Shown here one piece after another: positions 26,158 through 46,900 of a stretch of 64,000 bases of DNA. Made by a program: the position numbers and the translations under genes. Below the pieces are notes generated by a model, which saw only the letters and a program-made list of their open reading frames with translations, was not told where the DNA came from and made no database searches. The first letter of the stretch is position 1; each line of letters opens with the position of its first letter. The stretch comes from Balanoglossus misakiensis. Lineage: Eukaryota > Animalia > Hemichordata. The stretch covers positions 6,551,531 through 6,615,530 of the forward strand of contig CM082592.2 of the NCBI GenBank assembly GCA_040954595.2, read 5' to 3'.

Positions 26158-27439
26158 ATACAAGCCTTTGAAAATGTCAATAGATTGATTGATGAACAAA
26201 TGACTTGTCTAAAATAGATCAGAACTGGGAAAAACCAAATATCTAAGATGTTCTATCATATACCCACGCTCACTCCAGGGTCTGTGGTTCTGTTGGGGAG
26301 GGGGGGGGTAGAGGGAGATAGCTGCTAGAGTGTGGCAATACCATTAGCTCCTTAAGACAAGGGGTAGAGATAGCTAGTTTTCCTTGGTTTATGGGGGGAG
26401 GGGGAGGGCGTGTTGACTTTCCTTTGGCAGTATATTTAAGGCTCTAATGACACAACCATTTGCCAGCAGCTCAAAAAGAATTTCTCAGGAAAACACAGAC
26501 TAAGCTCAACTGTTTAATATGAAAACATTAATCTGGAAAAAAAAATCTCTCCAGAAAATGCTATTTTCTGATAAGACAAACTGGAAATGTTTTTTTCTGA
26601 AAGATATACAGTCCCATCTCGAGTTCTTTCCACGAGGCAAAATAACCAACAGAGAGAATTGTCTCTGGCCATTCCATTTCCTGTAAGCTGGCATATCTGT
26701 TATAAGATGCACCATACAATGCCATATATACAAAGAATACCAAAAACACTCGTAAATAGGACAGTACCTCATCTTGGCAGCTAAAGAAACCTACTTGAGT
26801 ACAAAATGCGTAAAAACTAATCCTTTGGTACAATTCTGGACTTTGATGGAAAGACAGAACTCGCAGGGAAAATTCAATGACACCATTGTCTGTTACAGTA
26901 AAATGAGATCTTACTTCTAAACTGGGTTGAAACAATTCAACTTTCCGATGCATAAAGTTTGAAATAGGAAGACGCAAAAAACCTCACATAACTGAGTTGA
27001 GGGTTGGCTTAAACTGATTACAAGCAGTACATTATTAACTAAAATATTTTCAGTCTGAATTATATCACTATTTATTGCTTGCTTGTTATGCTCCCGCGAA
27101 CAGAAGAAAACGTCAATTTGTAATTTTCTCGCAGGCCCTCATCTCACAACACAACAAACAGGCAGAGAACCTGCATTTTGACATAAATACATATTTGCTG
27201 GTCGATTTTTCATCATGATTTAAAAATCTCAGCATAAAACATTCCATCATTTCAGGAAAGTTTTTTTGTTTAATGCCAGAATATTCATTTCATTGAAATC
27301 AAGCTCCCGTCTTATTATACATGGTCTGTACAGACCAAATAGTCAACTGGATTAATTCACTATAAAAAGGTACACCTTTCTTTCACAAACATTGTAAACG
27401 TTCTTCAACCCATTTCAAATCCCATTGCAAGACAATTAA

Positions 27440-27661
27440 AGGGACATTGGTTGTAAATCTTAATGATCATTTCATTATTTTGGTTGGTGCAACAACTCAG
27501 GTTTTTTGTTCTACTCTATAATGCATGTGAAATTAACATTGTATATTGCCTGTGATTATACACACCGGTCATGTCAACATGTTGTGGGGAGTAAAACAAG
27601 AAACTTGCGGATACACAGAGTAAAATACTGAAAATATTATCAAATTACAGCCACTGTCCCT
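27440..27661. mobile_element. Kolobok-like MITE in the coronin 3'UTR
   Basis: TTAA|AGGGACATTGGTTGTAA ... TTACAGCCACTGTCCCT|TTAA; 222 bp. Confidence 0.75.
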
Positions 27662-27925
27662 TTAAGCCTAATACTCCTACAACTGGCATGTATCTAAAAG
27701 CATATCACAGACATACTTTACGGAAGCATTATAATTCGTACTTTGTTACTTGAATTCAAAGATCACTGCAGAGCGTACTGTTCTCGTTGCTTCTGTACAA
27801 AAAAAATACGCATCACGTTGTAAGGAGAAAATGAAAAGGAAGCTTTTCAAATAAACAATATTATCATTTCTTTGCAAAAAAAAGTTAACATGAAGGCTAG
27901 AGGTTTATACTAAATAATGAATGAA

Positions 27926-34659
<6,734 letters not shown>

Positions 34660-34916
34660 TCTGCTTATTTCTGGATTCTGAAACACGCCACATAAAAAAG
34701 ATCAGCGATCAGTATCTGTACGTACATACGGTGAAATCGCGCCGACAGTAGGAAAACACCGGCCGGTAGGACGTCTGTTTTCAGCCTCGAAATTTTGACA
34801 GGACCACACGACTCAGTCGTGGCGGGTACATGATTATCTGGTCACGGCAGAATTAAACGCACGAGCGATTAAACCTAATCAAACATCACCCAAGAAGTCA
34901 AGTACAAGACACTCAC

Positions 34917-35480
34917 CCTTTACAGACGTTAAAACTACACACGGTGACAGTCTTCGCACTCTTGTCTTGCCGCTCAACTTTCTTCACACACACGTTCAGA
35001 CAGCTGACCTTGTGTGAACGTCTGTTTGTCGGGCGTTCCCGCACACTACCTCGTTAGACCGGTTATTCTTAGCAGCCACACGAGCAGAAAGGCGCGAAAA
35101 GGATTCGGCTTCAAGTGATGCGCCAGAAAATTATTATCAAGATCCACGGGCGATGTTTAAAGGGACTTTCTCGCAAATTTGGTTAGTTTGTCAGGAATAT
35201 ACGAATCCCGTTCTAACAAGGCGGGGAGTACAATCGGAAGTCGGCGGCCGGAAGTAGTCACCTTGCTCTGGAACGATGACCAAAGTTGGACATAACTTCT
35301 GAAAGGGATGTAGTGGGAGGAGACGATGCAAATTTTTATGGGAGAGTTTACATATCGTTTCGGTAACAATTAACCACAGCGTCAGTCTGTACATGTGCCT
35401 TGAACAACTTGTTAGACGGTGTGTGTTTAAAACATTTATGGCACAAATATTGGAGGCAAGGTCATCCTTTACGTGGTCAC
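34917..35480. promoter_or_regulatory. Probable bidirectional promoter, coronin (-) / SETD6 (+)
   Basis: CpG-rich island between divergent genes. ETS cores CGGAAGT lie at 35235 and 35249, and an E-box CACGTG at ~35478. The SETD6 ATG is preceded by an acceptor (TGTAG|TGAAATG), implying an upstream non-coding exon. Confidence 0.6.
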
Positions 35481-35493
35481 GTGTAGCTGAGTG

Positions 35494-35601
35494 ATTCATT
35501 CATTCATTCATTCATTCATTCATTCATTCATTCATTCATTCATTCATTCATTCATTCATTCATTCATTCATTCATTCATTCATTCATTCATTCATTCATT
35601 C
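35494..35601. repeat. (ATTC)27 microsatellite
   Basis: Perfect 108-bp run, read directly. Confidence 0.98.
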
Positions 35602-35753
35602 GCACTGCAGATATGCATGCTGTGTTAGGTAGTTCGTAAAGGAACAATTCCCCCAATTTCAACATCAACGCCTACACGTATGTTTCCAAACACAGAAATT
35701 GTGTTTATATCATGCAAGATTCTGCGGTATCAATATCAGAATTTTGAGAAAAA

Positions 35754-35935
35754 GGGCACAGTCATTTGATTTGCTGGGGTGGGGGGGGGGGGCTGGATTG
35801 TGGTTCAACATACAATCAAAAGACATTTCAGTAACTCAGAATTGTACAACTTTAATTTCCTGATGAGTTCTGAACAAACATTTCTTTCTTTTGGTGGCCA
35901 ACAATTCACCCCCTTAAAATCAGTTGGTTCTTCCC
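35754..35935. mobile_element. Possible degenerate Harbinger-like MITE
   Basis: GGGCACAGTCATTTGATTTGCTGGGG partly matches the reverse complement of the right end, GGGAAGAACCAACTGATTTTAAGGGGG. TTA is present on the right only. Confidence 0.3.
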
Positions 35936-36715
35936 TTAGTGTAGTCATTAGGACATAGATCCATTGTCTGAAAATCATTGATGTAGAAAAATTGTGCATT
36001 AGAAGTGACAGCCTGTATTTAATTTATTTAACTCTTCAACATGTTAAAAAAATATTTATTTCATTGTATATTTTTATTTGTACATTAAAAGTATATGTTG
36101 CAACGTAGCTCGTAGCTATAAATTATAAAAAATTGAAACAGACAATGATAATCCTTTAAAAAAATATAAATATACTTGTATTGAGTGAAAATGAAGTAAA
36201 TCCAATTAGGGGAAATACAGACACTCAATTATTTGCCAATCAATCAATATCTTTCATTTATTTGTGAATTGTCAGTTGTCGCTAGTGAGGGTTGCATGGT
36301 GAAAATGCATTTTAATTTAATAAATTCCTGTCGTCAATAACAAGAACTATAACAGCCATTCAAGTCAACTTGGCAACCATATGGTACTTCACGTTCACCA
36401 TGAACTTGACATCTTGCAAAAAACTATGCGCAAAGGACAATGCCCAATTTGCCCATCCCCATCAATATGCTAACTTAATTTAAAGAGTGGAGCATTTCCT
36501 TTTGTTTTAATTTCTCCATAATGATGCCATAGTGAAAGAAATAAAAGACTCGAAAATCCACTGACAGACTGAACTTTGTGCTTTGTCCTTTAATTTTCAC
36601 CTTCATCATGAACCTGCACAAATTACTGGCCAGGTTGTTTACCTCTTCTGAAATGTAGTCTATCTGCATCAAGCACAATTTCGGTAATTATTTCTTGTAT
36701 TCTGTTTGTAGTGAA

Positions 36716-39551
36716 ATGGAAAACCCAGCCAAGAAACGCAAGTGCGATGAGTCCGATGACAGTAAGCTGCAGTACTTTGTGCAGTGGTGCCATGACAACT
36801 GCTTTAATTTGAACACAAAGGTAGGTAACGTTTGTGTACGAAAATTTATCGTTCCCAAAAATTTCCCATTTAACAGTATACTAGTAGTTTAGGTATTACA
36901 GTGTTTTGTATTGGTCTGAAGGTGGAGATTGGAAAGCGCGGTTCGTGTGCCGAGTATGGTATGGTTGCCACGGGAGACCTGGAGGAAGGGGAGTGTCTCT
37001 TTGAAATACAGCGATCTCTGCTGCTTCATGCCGAGACTTGCCAAGTGGCAGAGGTTCTTAGCAACGGTAAGAAATATTGGAAATCAATGATGGACAGGAA
37101 GTCAGTTAAATCAGTTAACTCAGTCAGTTAATACATGCCTGTATTTGATAGTATTTGGAACTCTGTCCATAAGTCCTGGTACAGGTTTAAAAAAATCTTT
37201 TGATTGATAGAAGGTCACTTTGAATAAAAGTCCAGGGGGTAGATCAGGCAATTGTCTGTTAAAGGGTTCAATCCAAGCTGTAACTAATAATGATGACTGA
37301 ATATTCACAAATTGTGGAAAAAAAAACACTCTACGAAGATTCTATGGGTGTTTCTTGCAAAAATCTGTATAATTTCACTTTCAGGGAAGACCCACTTATC
37401 AAGTGACAGTGGTTGGGTTCCTTTGCTGTTGGCACTGATGTACGAGTATACAAATCCTGAATCTCTATGGCGACCGTATCTGGACCTGTGTCCTGACTTC
37501 ACAGTCCTGGACCAACCAATGTTCTGGTCAAGGTAAAGGAAACTGTGTTGTCTGTTTACAAATGCACTCACGTAAAAGGAGACTGACTGTGTTGACATAC
37601 CTACCAGTAGTCTCAATAAACTTGATCAGAGCGATTTTACCATTAATTCCAGGGAAGAACTTGACGAGGAACTGGCTGGTACCGGGATACCCGAAGCTGT
37701 CAAGAATGATTTGAAAAACATGAAAAAAGAATATACAAAAATTGCCGTGCCATTCATGAAGAAACACCCTGATTTATGGAAGTAAGTGTATTTCAGCACT
37801 GTCCCACTTTGCACGTTATCAAAATCACCAAATTATTGGAAAATTGATGTTCATGTGAATCAAAGAGATTGATATTAATTAAATTCATTTTCAACTCTTT
37901 GCAAGGAAAAGCAAAAATTGGTTTTGAAATACGCTTTTTGAGAGCAAAACAGATTCCTTTGTGAGAGATTCAGTGTATTTCTGTGTAATACTATTCCCAG
38001 ATTAGATGTCCACAACTTTGACCTGTACAAGAAGATGGTGGCTTTCATCATGGCGTACAGTTTCACGGAGAGTCGAGAAGAGGAGATGGAGAGCCCATCT
38101 CCTGTCATGGTTCCAGTGGCCGATATACTCAATCATGTGTCGGCAAACAATGCTCATTTGAATTTCGGCGAAAAAAGTCTTAGCATGGTGAGCACCAGAC
38201 CGATAAAAAAGGTAAGAGATAATGATTCACCATTCTTGACATGAATTAAAGCCTTTATTAACATGAAATTAGGCCAAGACAGTTCTCAACTGAAATTCTT
38301 AACTCTATCACACTGCCATAGGGAGAAGAAATCTTCAACACTTATGGTCAGCTAGCCAATGGAGAGCTGTTACACATGTACGGTTTTGCAGAACCATACA
38401 GGCATAATTTATATGACAAGGTAAATATGGAGTCACACAGATTAAGATGGTTGTCAAGAGAAAAACTGACCACTTCTGAATATTCTTTTGGGTGTTTTCG
38501 AAAATAGTAAGCAACCCTGCCCAACATGTGGCATGACTGTGACCTTCCTTGCTTGCTTGAGATCTGTTTCACATTTTCTGACTTATTTTTTCGTCAGGTC
38601 TCAATAAGTTTTGAACATCTGCTGGCATCTGCAAAGGCTCGCTGCGGAAGCGACAGTGCCGGTTTGAAGTTACTGGAACAGAAATGGAACTGGTTGCAAG
38701 ATGTTGATCTTGTGGAGGAGGAGGAAGACAGACTTGTCATCGACAAAGATGGCATCACTGGGTATCAGCTGTCTACAGTTCTGGAGGTCTGTGCAGTGTC
38801 TACATATACTTTTCCCCCAAGTGTTAGATAATCACATTGAAGTTCCTACTGGTAGTTCTATGACATATTATTGTACATATTCATGTTGAGACTGTCATCG
38901 GTCAGAATACTTCATTTGGTAATCTTTTTGAACCATCAACCACATAACCAAAAAGTGATCACAATCATGTTTCTTTTTCTTAATTATCAGGTTCTGTCTC
39001 TCGACAAAAAGTCCTTTAAGAATTTCAAAAAAAGCTGGCAAGACAAGAGTGATGACGAGGATGATTATGACGTGATATTGCTAAAACCAGGTATGTGTGG
39101 TGAAGGAGGTTTCAGGCATTTGACTAATTTGCACAAAATGTCCCTGGAAATCAGGGACGACTTTGTCGTCTTTCAATCTCGTCTTGTTTTGCACGTACAG
39201 CCATATGTAGGCAGGCAACCCATGGTGCCCAGTCTGATACCTACCGTGAGTGCGTTTGATGTAACATCACTTAGGTCCTTCGCTTACTTCTCCTGACAGC
39301 ATCTCTCAACCTTCCTTTCAGACGATGTCGCCCATTTGCCGTCATCCAGCAGAACGATTCTACAGACGTGTCTTCAGCAGCGCTTGGAAGCGTACGGCTA
39401 CAGCTACGAAGACGACGTCAAAACGCTGCAGTCTCCGTCTGACAACCAGCCGCTTCTGTCGCCCCGTCAGAAGTACGCCTTACAAGTCAGGCATGGGCAA
39501 AGAGAACTGTTGATGAAGATGTTGAAGTCATGTGACAATTCAAGGAGGTAG
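36716..39551 (+). CDS. SETD6: N-lysine methyltransferase SETD6, ~451 aa, 9 coding exons
   Basis: Exons: 36716-36820, 36922-37066, 37385-37532, 37653-37781, 38001-38211, 38322-38420, 38598-38786, 38991-39090, 39322-39551 (1356 nt, in frame). SETD6 motifs: [86 protein letters not shown]. Confidence 0.93.
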
Positions 39552-39625
39552 CCATCACAGAAGTGCTAATTTTTTGATAACTTGTGGGGGGGGGGGGGGG
39601 TAACACATCACATTCTCTGTTTACG

Positions 39626-39746
39626 AATAAAACATGCACGTCATGTTGATTGCGCCACTTGTCAAACCACACACACACAATACACGCTCGACATTCACCC
39701 TTCATAAAATGAAACAACCAAATACACGATAGACTGAGACTTTATT
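39626..39746. terminator. Convergent poly(A) signals of SETD6 (+, 39626) and PELO (-, 39746-39741)
   Basis: AATAAA on + lies 75 nt after the SETD6 stop. AATAAA on - is followed by GU-rich TCGTGTATTTGGTTGTTT. Confidence 0.6.
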
Positions 39747-40341
39747 AAATTCATTAAGGGAATCTCAGTGCAATTTGCTATAATATCTGATTTAACATTG
39801 TCAAAATTAAAAAAAATATTCCCTTTGGCAAGTCGTTTAATTTAAATAAATCTTGACAGTAAAATTAATATGAAGTTATCGCTCACATTTTTTTCCACAA
39901 AGACAGACCAGTGACAACTGTTGTCTACTTGCTGTGTGCATGCATGGGCCCTCAGCTTTGCATGGGTCCCATATACACTGCACGCATTCAGGGATTTACA
40001 GCCAGTTTCAAGTTAGCTTTACAACTCACTGTTGAAACAGGTAAATTGAATGTACAATATAAACACAAAAATATCGGTCACCCACTCATATTACAGGAAA
40101 CGAGCATGGGGAATGGCCATCTGCCCAGATGAACTGGTAAGCGGCTTTATTTATGTTCATAAAATAAATATTCATAAGTATGTTCTAATGTGTGGACGAC
40201 CCAAGCAAAGCTGTGGTGAAGCTCTGACCCTTCAGTGGAGAGCACGTCTTTGCATTTATACTGTCATGCAGTCCATTTACGGAAATGTGTCAATTATCCC
40301 AGAGGGCTAAAGTTTTCTGTAGCTCTCTGCGAATGTGAACA

Positions 40342-43300
40342 CTAGTTTTCATCCGAACTGGAATCTGCTTCTTCGTCGGAGAGTTCGGGAAGTGGAAAGC
40401 GGAGGATGGCAGCTACGCCGCTCAATAGAGTGAGTTCTGAAAAAATGAAGACATCTCATTAATCTCGGATATCTGGATGAAGGTGCATTTGACTTTAAAT
40501 GTGATATTCTCTTCCTACTGTGCACCCACAAAATTAATTTTACCCTCAAGTGCAAAACCATGTTTCAAATTTAAGTGAGTACTGTAGCAACAACTGACAC
40601 AAATGTTCCACTTACGTTCCCCTGAAACATGCAGACTGGAGAATATTTTAGCTTCGCCACCGCCCTCTCGTACGCTTTCCACGAGATTGATGTATCGCCT
40701 CCGTTTGGGGATATCTTTTGATCTGCAAAGCAAGATGGTATATGTATGCAATTACTTGAAGTGGATGCCTGCTTCAGCAAGACTGCATATACCAGAAAAT
40801 GATTGTTGTCAGTGGGCCAGAGGCTATCGATGGTACGGTAATATAAATGACTCATGGCATGGAGCTTGTCTCACCTGAACAATTCGTCACTGACGAGAAG
40901 TGTTTCCACAGCCGATGCTTCATTGGCTTTTTCTACATGATTGATGCTGAAAACAAAAAAAGTAAGAGCCAGATCACTATCTAGTATTCTTCATTTACCG
41001 GTAATCAATATGCAGCAGGAATGGTGCCCAAAGTGTATTTTGCAAACATATACAATCCAGCACCCTCTCAAACCAAGACATTATTGTCTCAAGACTGTCT
41101 ACGCTCTCAGTGTCAGCGTTGGAGTTTACATGTTCTTACCCATAGAAGGCTCTGGCTGGTTCTGTCTGCAACATCTGGTAGAAAGCATCCAATGCTTTGA
41201 CCTCACCAGCTGCTTTTGTGTCTTGCAGTTTCACCATGATTGCCGGGTCTGACAATATCTCTGTCAAAGAAAAGAAGGCAGTGAAACGTTTTGGTTTAAA
41301 GGGTGGGGTTCGTCCCGTGGTTGTTACTTTACATTAATACACTGTACAGGTGCCAGGCAATGCGTCGTGACTTTTTATCACATTTCCAAGTTACAATCAC
41401 ATCATTGTCACTATTCGTGCAATGCCGTGTACACACGTACCTTTGAGAGAATGTTTGAAACCCGATGATGCATGGACTAGAAGAAACTTTGATTTGTTTT
41501 CGATGAGAAGTTTGTTGTCGGTTTTCACTGCCTGGGTAAACATGTAGTCATAGAACTGGTCCTGTGGAGAAAAGTTGGAGTAAAATTAGTTGGCATGACT
41601 ACAAGGCATAGTCATGTGACATGTGTATATGCATATCATTGTGAAATAGATTATGGCACACTGAGTAATAAGAATGGTTACCTTGACAAACCCTGGACTT
41701 CCAATGAGAATACATTTGACAACTGAAATAAAACACATTGAAAACATTATTTTGAATGATAAAACAACATAGGCTCCACAAATAGTTCATTTTCTCCTTC
41801 AAGATCAGCAGTGAGTTTAAAATGTACATGTATAGGATTTTATATATTGAAGCTGGCACATAGCAAGAGCTTCAGCTTGTACTGATTATCCTAGCAAACC
41901 TGCTCAGCTCACCGTCAAAGTTGATGTGTCGGAGAACAGCCTGCATCAGCGACTCGTAGAATTTCTCCAATCCTTTGTCGTGCTGAGCACACAGTCCCTT
42001 TCTCTTCCTGGGAATATTGACTTCGATCTTCGCCCGCACTATCGTCATGCTGGACGTCACCAAACACACGTGTCCCAGTCCTTCCTGCATGACCACTGCT
42101 GCGACGTCGGCACTTTGACTCGGATCACATGCCTGTTCTAAAAAAAACAAACAGCATGATTTGCAAAATTGTGTTTTGAACGGAAATATTTCACCTGAGA
42201 TTTGTCTTGCCATTGTCTACTTTTGCAGGTATGTTTCGCTAAATTATCCGTACATGTGATGTACCTACATTAACCCACCCCCATTTCACTGTACAAAGGT
42301 CCAACACTGCTATTGTTAACACTGGAGTTGGACCAAACCATGGTGGCGAAAGGGTTATTCATTGACGGTTTCTATACTCACCAATTCTCTCCAACTGAAT
42401 GCTGTCCCACTCTTTCTTGGCCAAAGTAAATTTCCGGTTCAGTTCCAAGTCCAGCGTGTGATAAGCACCCATCTGCAAGAAACAAGTTATGTATCAGACA
42501 CCATGTTGATTTCAAGTCTGAATAATTTTTGTCTGTGTTGGTTTTGTTGCTCTGGTTGTGTCATGTAAATAAGTGTCATTTTCCTCGGGATTTTGGCTGG
42601 ACTTTTTCAAGAGCGTGCTGCACCTGAGCCCTTTGGATGACCGTGTCGCACTGACCTTGACATACTGGTTCTCCTGTATATTCCTCCCCTTGACTCTCAA
42701 GACGCACGCCTGCGTATCGAAGTCCACGTCTTCCACAGATATGGTCAACATGGTACGCACTCTGCTGCTGCTACTGCTGCCTGTGGCTGACTCCGTCTGC
42801 ACTTTCCGGACTGTGGTGGCCCGCAGACTGTCTTTGGGCATAATCAGGTTATAGGCATGCCACATGTCTTCTGCTTCATCAGGAATCAGGGTCACCTGAC
42901 TGCAAGGAAACCATCAGGAATTGTCTCGCTGTGATCTTATAATTTTTTTTTAAATTTCAAGCCATATTGTACACATCATGCACACATGCTTTGAAATTAT
43001 TGATGATAACACCTTACTTGAAGACCGAAAAAAATCTTGAATCAATATTGTCATGAACTTAGAATAAGCATTTAGAGTTGACACAAACTTTTTTTTGACA
43101 TGGTGGTATACGGTACATGTATACATGTACATTAATTTTTATAGGCATTTACAGCCTACAGGTTTTGTCGGAACATGTATGAATTTAATGTTGCATCTAT
43201 GATCCATGTCTAAATCTTGAAGACCTACATTGTTGGCATTTTCTCTCAACACGGCCGATGTGGGGTGACTGACGCCCGCTGTGGCACGAATAATCGGTGA

Positions 43301-43422
43301 ATATACGACAGCTGACCAATCGCGCCGTCAGTTTCATTCATCATTGAATGAAATGTCAATTTCTTAAAAAAAGATGCTTACCCCTGCATGTCCTTTTCGA
43401 CTAATTTACTGACTAACTTCAT
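40342..43422 (-). CDS. PELO: Protein pelota (Dom34; ribosome rescue factor), 385 aa, 10 coding exons
   Basis: Exons (-): 43422-43382, 42899-42656, 42472-42382, 42137-41913, 41722-41682, 41561-41441, 41260-41140, 40946-40875, 40722-40616, 40436-40342 (1158 nt). Motifs: [100 protein letters not shown]. Confidence 0.97.
42274..42354 (+). mobile_element. piggyBac-like MITE, copy 3 (PELO intron)
   Basis: TTAA|CCCACCCCCATTT...TTGGACCAAACCATGGTGGCGAAAGGG|TTAT. Confidence 0.7.
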
Positions 43423-43808
43423 TTTCACCTTGGTTTCTCACACCAAACTGTCAATAAAATTTCGCTGGCACCAATTTCCATGCCATGGTATTTGTCAATC
43501 GGTGAGTCACATATGTTTTTACCGGCGAAGTGTTACGACACCATGCTGAATGAAATCAACAAGATGCGAAACAGGAAGCGAAGAGGCCAGAGCCTCGTTT
43601 TGACATTGCCAGCAAAGCCGCCTAAGTTTGTGAACATATGTCTGAGCACTGATATGGCAAAATACCTTTTCTTTTGCTCGTGTTTTTCAATACCGTGGTG
43701 AAAAGGATTAGTGATGCGAAAGCTATAATAATACTTTGAACTCAGCCTAGTTTTTAATTGTCAACAAATCAATACCACGCTTCCATATACCGTATGGTAA
43801 AAAGATGC

Positions 43809-43814
43809 TTTATT
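43809..43814 (-). terminator. Probable NLE1 poly(A) signal
   Basis: AATAAA on the minus strand, ~155 nt after the stop and ~390 bp upstream of the PELO ATG. Confidence 0.6.
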
Positions 43815-43968
43815 GAACAGTACAACCATGTCAAATACAGATACAAGTCTGTACAGGGCAGTCACTGTTGTTTGACTAGAATGTTGTCTGGTATTGCATC
43901 GGGCATACTTCTACTGCAAGATTTCCTGGACCAATAATAGGGGTGTTGGAAGTTTCCAAGGAAATCCA

Positions 43969-46900
43969 TCACCTTCTCCATCTGAAGCAAAGAGAGAACA
44001 TTATTGAGAATAACTGGGAAAGGATAAATTTTCACAATTATGCCAAAATATATCGACTCCTGCCAAATCAGTCGTTACAGAAACGACATCATTTGAGATA
44101 AAAGAAACAAAAAAACTTACATTTTGAGGACTTTATCCTTCCCGCCACTGGCAACTCTCTGTCCGTCCGGACTCCAGTCCACAGCGTAAACTTCATCAGC
44201 ATGGCCGGGCAAATCTACAAGTATCTTGCGGGTCATGATGTCCCAGACTTTCAGAGTGCTGTCGGAACTACCACTGACCAGCAGGCGACTGTCGGCCGAC
44301 CATGCAATCTGCAGACATGAAATGCAAACAGTGATTTAGCCGAGATATGAAAAATACAATCCTAGATTTGTGTGAACTTTTTGACAGGCATGTTGATTTA
44401 AACATTGGTGAGGATATCAAAATATCAGTCAGCACAGTTTTGAAATTCCAATACTTTACTTTTAACAAAATGTGTTTTTTACCTGATAGACTGAACTGAC
44501 ATGACCTCGTAGTGTTGCTAAAAATCTGGAAATAACAGAGTGTGACTGTAAGTGGTGATGACTAATATGTGAAGTACTTGTATGCTGTGTATACACACGT
44601 ATCCCAAGAATCAAGGTTCATTCACCCAGCCAGATGGTCAGCTGACACAAGACCAAAATGCAAGATGGGTGAGTGGTATGTTGTATTCATCATGGTAAGT
44701 TGCTTCAGATACGGTTCTGGACAGAAAACTGATCTGAATTTGCTACATGTGGGACTAAAAGTTAACAATTCATCCTTCACTTACTTTCCAGTTTTTCCAT
44801 CCCATAATTTTACCGATTTGTCGAACGAGGCGCTGGCCACAAGTCTTGTATCGGGAGAAAATTTGACTTCATTTATGAGCTGCTGATGGCCTGTCATTCT
44901 ACAGAGTGGTTTCTTGTCGTCTGCTGGTTGCCATAGAAACATGGTGAAATCGTCCGACCCAGACACAAGTCTCTCCGGTCCCGAACCCTAGGAGATGAGG
45001 TATGATCCAAGAACAATACTGAGCATCGGAAATTATTTCATGGTTCATGATACATGCAGAGGAAGCAGTGTATTGCAATCTTCAGTTCCTGACAAAAGTT
45101 AATCAATTGAAGCATGATGATTGGAAAGCTGTAGTTTGTTGAAATCAAAGAGAAACTTACCTTGGCTGAATTATACCTTTCTTCTGCCAACTTTGCCTCT
45201 TCCTCCTCTGTGAACGACACAAAGTACCAACATTAGTACAGAACATTAGTCATTACATACTAGTAAAAAAATAAAGTCTGCATACATGTACAAAAAGTGT
45301 TTTAGCCCTTCTTGACTCAATGAAAACAAAATACCATTTTCAGACATCACTTACCTGTTTTGTTTTGTTCTTTGTGTGTCAGTGTCGCTTTGACTGGATT
45401 GAAGGCCCCTGTCCGCATCACATAGTCTGTACTGAGCGCCATGGTGTTGACCCAGTGACCGTGTCCTTGTAGTGTGCGACACAAAACTCCCTGAAGATAA
45501 ACAAAAAAAATCGCACAATTTATTTGATGTTCAGGAAATTCTTTGAATACATACCCCATGTGTTATCTCTCCTACATGCAACATGCAAAACAATTTGACT
45601 AAAATAAACTGTTCTAAAATTAAAAATCTCAGATTATCAATTTCTGGAACTTTACGGTAAACTTACATCCTCTGCCCTCCATACTTTGATAGTTCTGTCT
45701 TGTGATGCTGAATACAGTAGTCCACTGCCACCCCATTTAACGCAGGTAACACTCTGTAAGTGCCCTGACAGAATCACTTTGGTTTTTCCCAAAACAGTGT
45801 CCCATATCCTTATCGTTGCATCCTACGTAAGAGGGAAAAAATCGAATTATTGTTGACACAAAAATGTTTCTATTGCTTATTTAGTGGATTGTGACTGCAA
45901 TACTTTGTAGACTGAAAGTTGTGTCTGCTGGGGGCGCTCTTCATGGTCACCTTGGTGATAAATATTTCAGATTTATTTGTTTGGTCTTTCCCCTTGAAGT
46001 TTTACACCAGGCGAGAGTTAAACTTGCGAAGATGTGAATACAGCTCGCTGCTTACCTTGGAGGCACTAGCTAGGTGTCTGCACTGTGGGTTGAGGTGAAG
46101 TGGTTCCCAACACAGCCATGTTATCCACTGCCGGTGACCAATTAAAGGTTTGCCGATTTGTTTGCCAGTTGTAGGATCCCAAAGGCATATCTGAAATACA
46201 ATTTGTCATGAGCAGGGTAGTGGTTATTAAAAAGGGATGGCAGCAGTAATGCCTGATGAAAGTTATTGCGGTACTCTCAACGCGAATCTTCAATACTTAG
46301 CCAGGGGCTCTCTCACCCATTCTGTTCATGACAATTTCTGATGTTGTTTTATGCCCTTCAATAATTTGTTACTATTTTTCAGAGATGTGAAATGAGCAGA
46401 AAATCCTTTATGAAAACTTTGCGTGGACCTACCTCACTGTTTTTACATCCTGAGGCCAATTTTTTCCCATTGGGTGACCATGCTATACTCAACACCCAGT
46501 TCCGATGACCTGCATTGTAGAAAATGTTGTTTGTGTTGAAAAAATATATCAGTTTTTGGTATAGTGTTGAAGACATTGTAGAAAATGAGACTCTTTACTT
46601 GGAATTATCAGCTGATCATGAATTCTCATGTCAAAGTCCTGTTAATGGTGTGAATCTGATGCAAATACACATAGCTACTCACCTTTACATGTAAACTGTG
46701 GGGTTTCTGTGTAAATGTCCCAGAATCGTACTGTTGTGTCACCTGAACCACTTGCAAGATACCTGTACATGAAATAGTTTTCATTGATGAAGGTTAGGGC
46801 TGTTGAACAATTGCATTCTAAGCCAATATCAGAAATACCAAGGAGAATATCTGTGATAATATCATAAGTCAAAACTAACCTCCCTGTTGGACTGAAGGCC

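Noticed and set aside
44553-44646. C/D snoRNA-like TGATGA...CTGA in an NLE1 intron (similar at ~33517-33622)
   Set aside because: On the strand opposite the host gene, with no terminal stem or recognisable guide.
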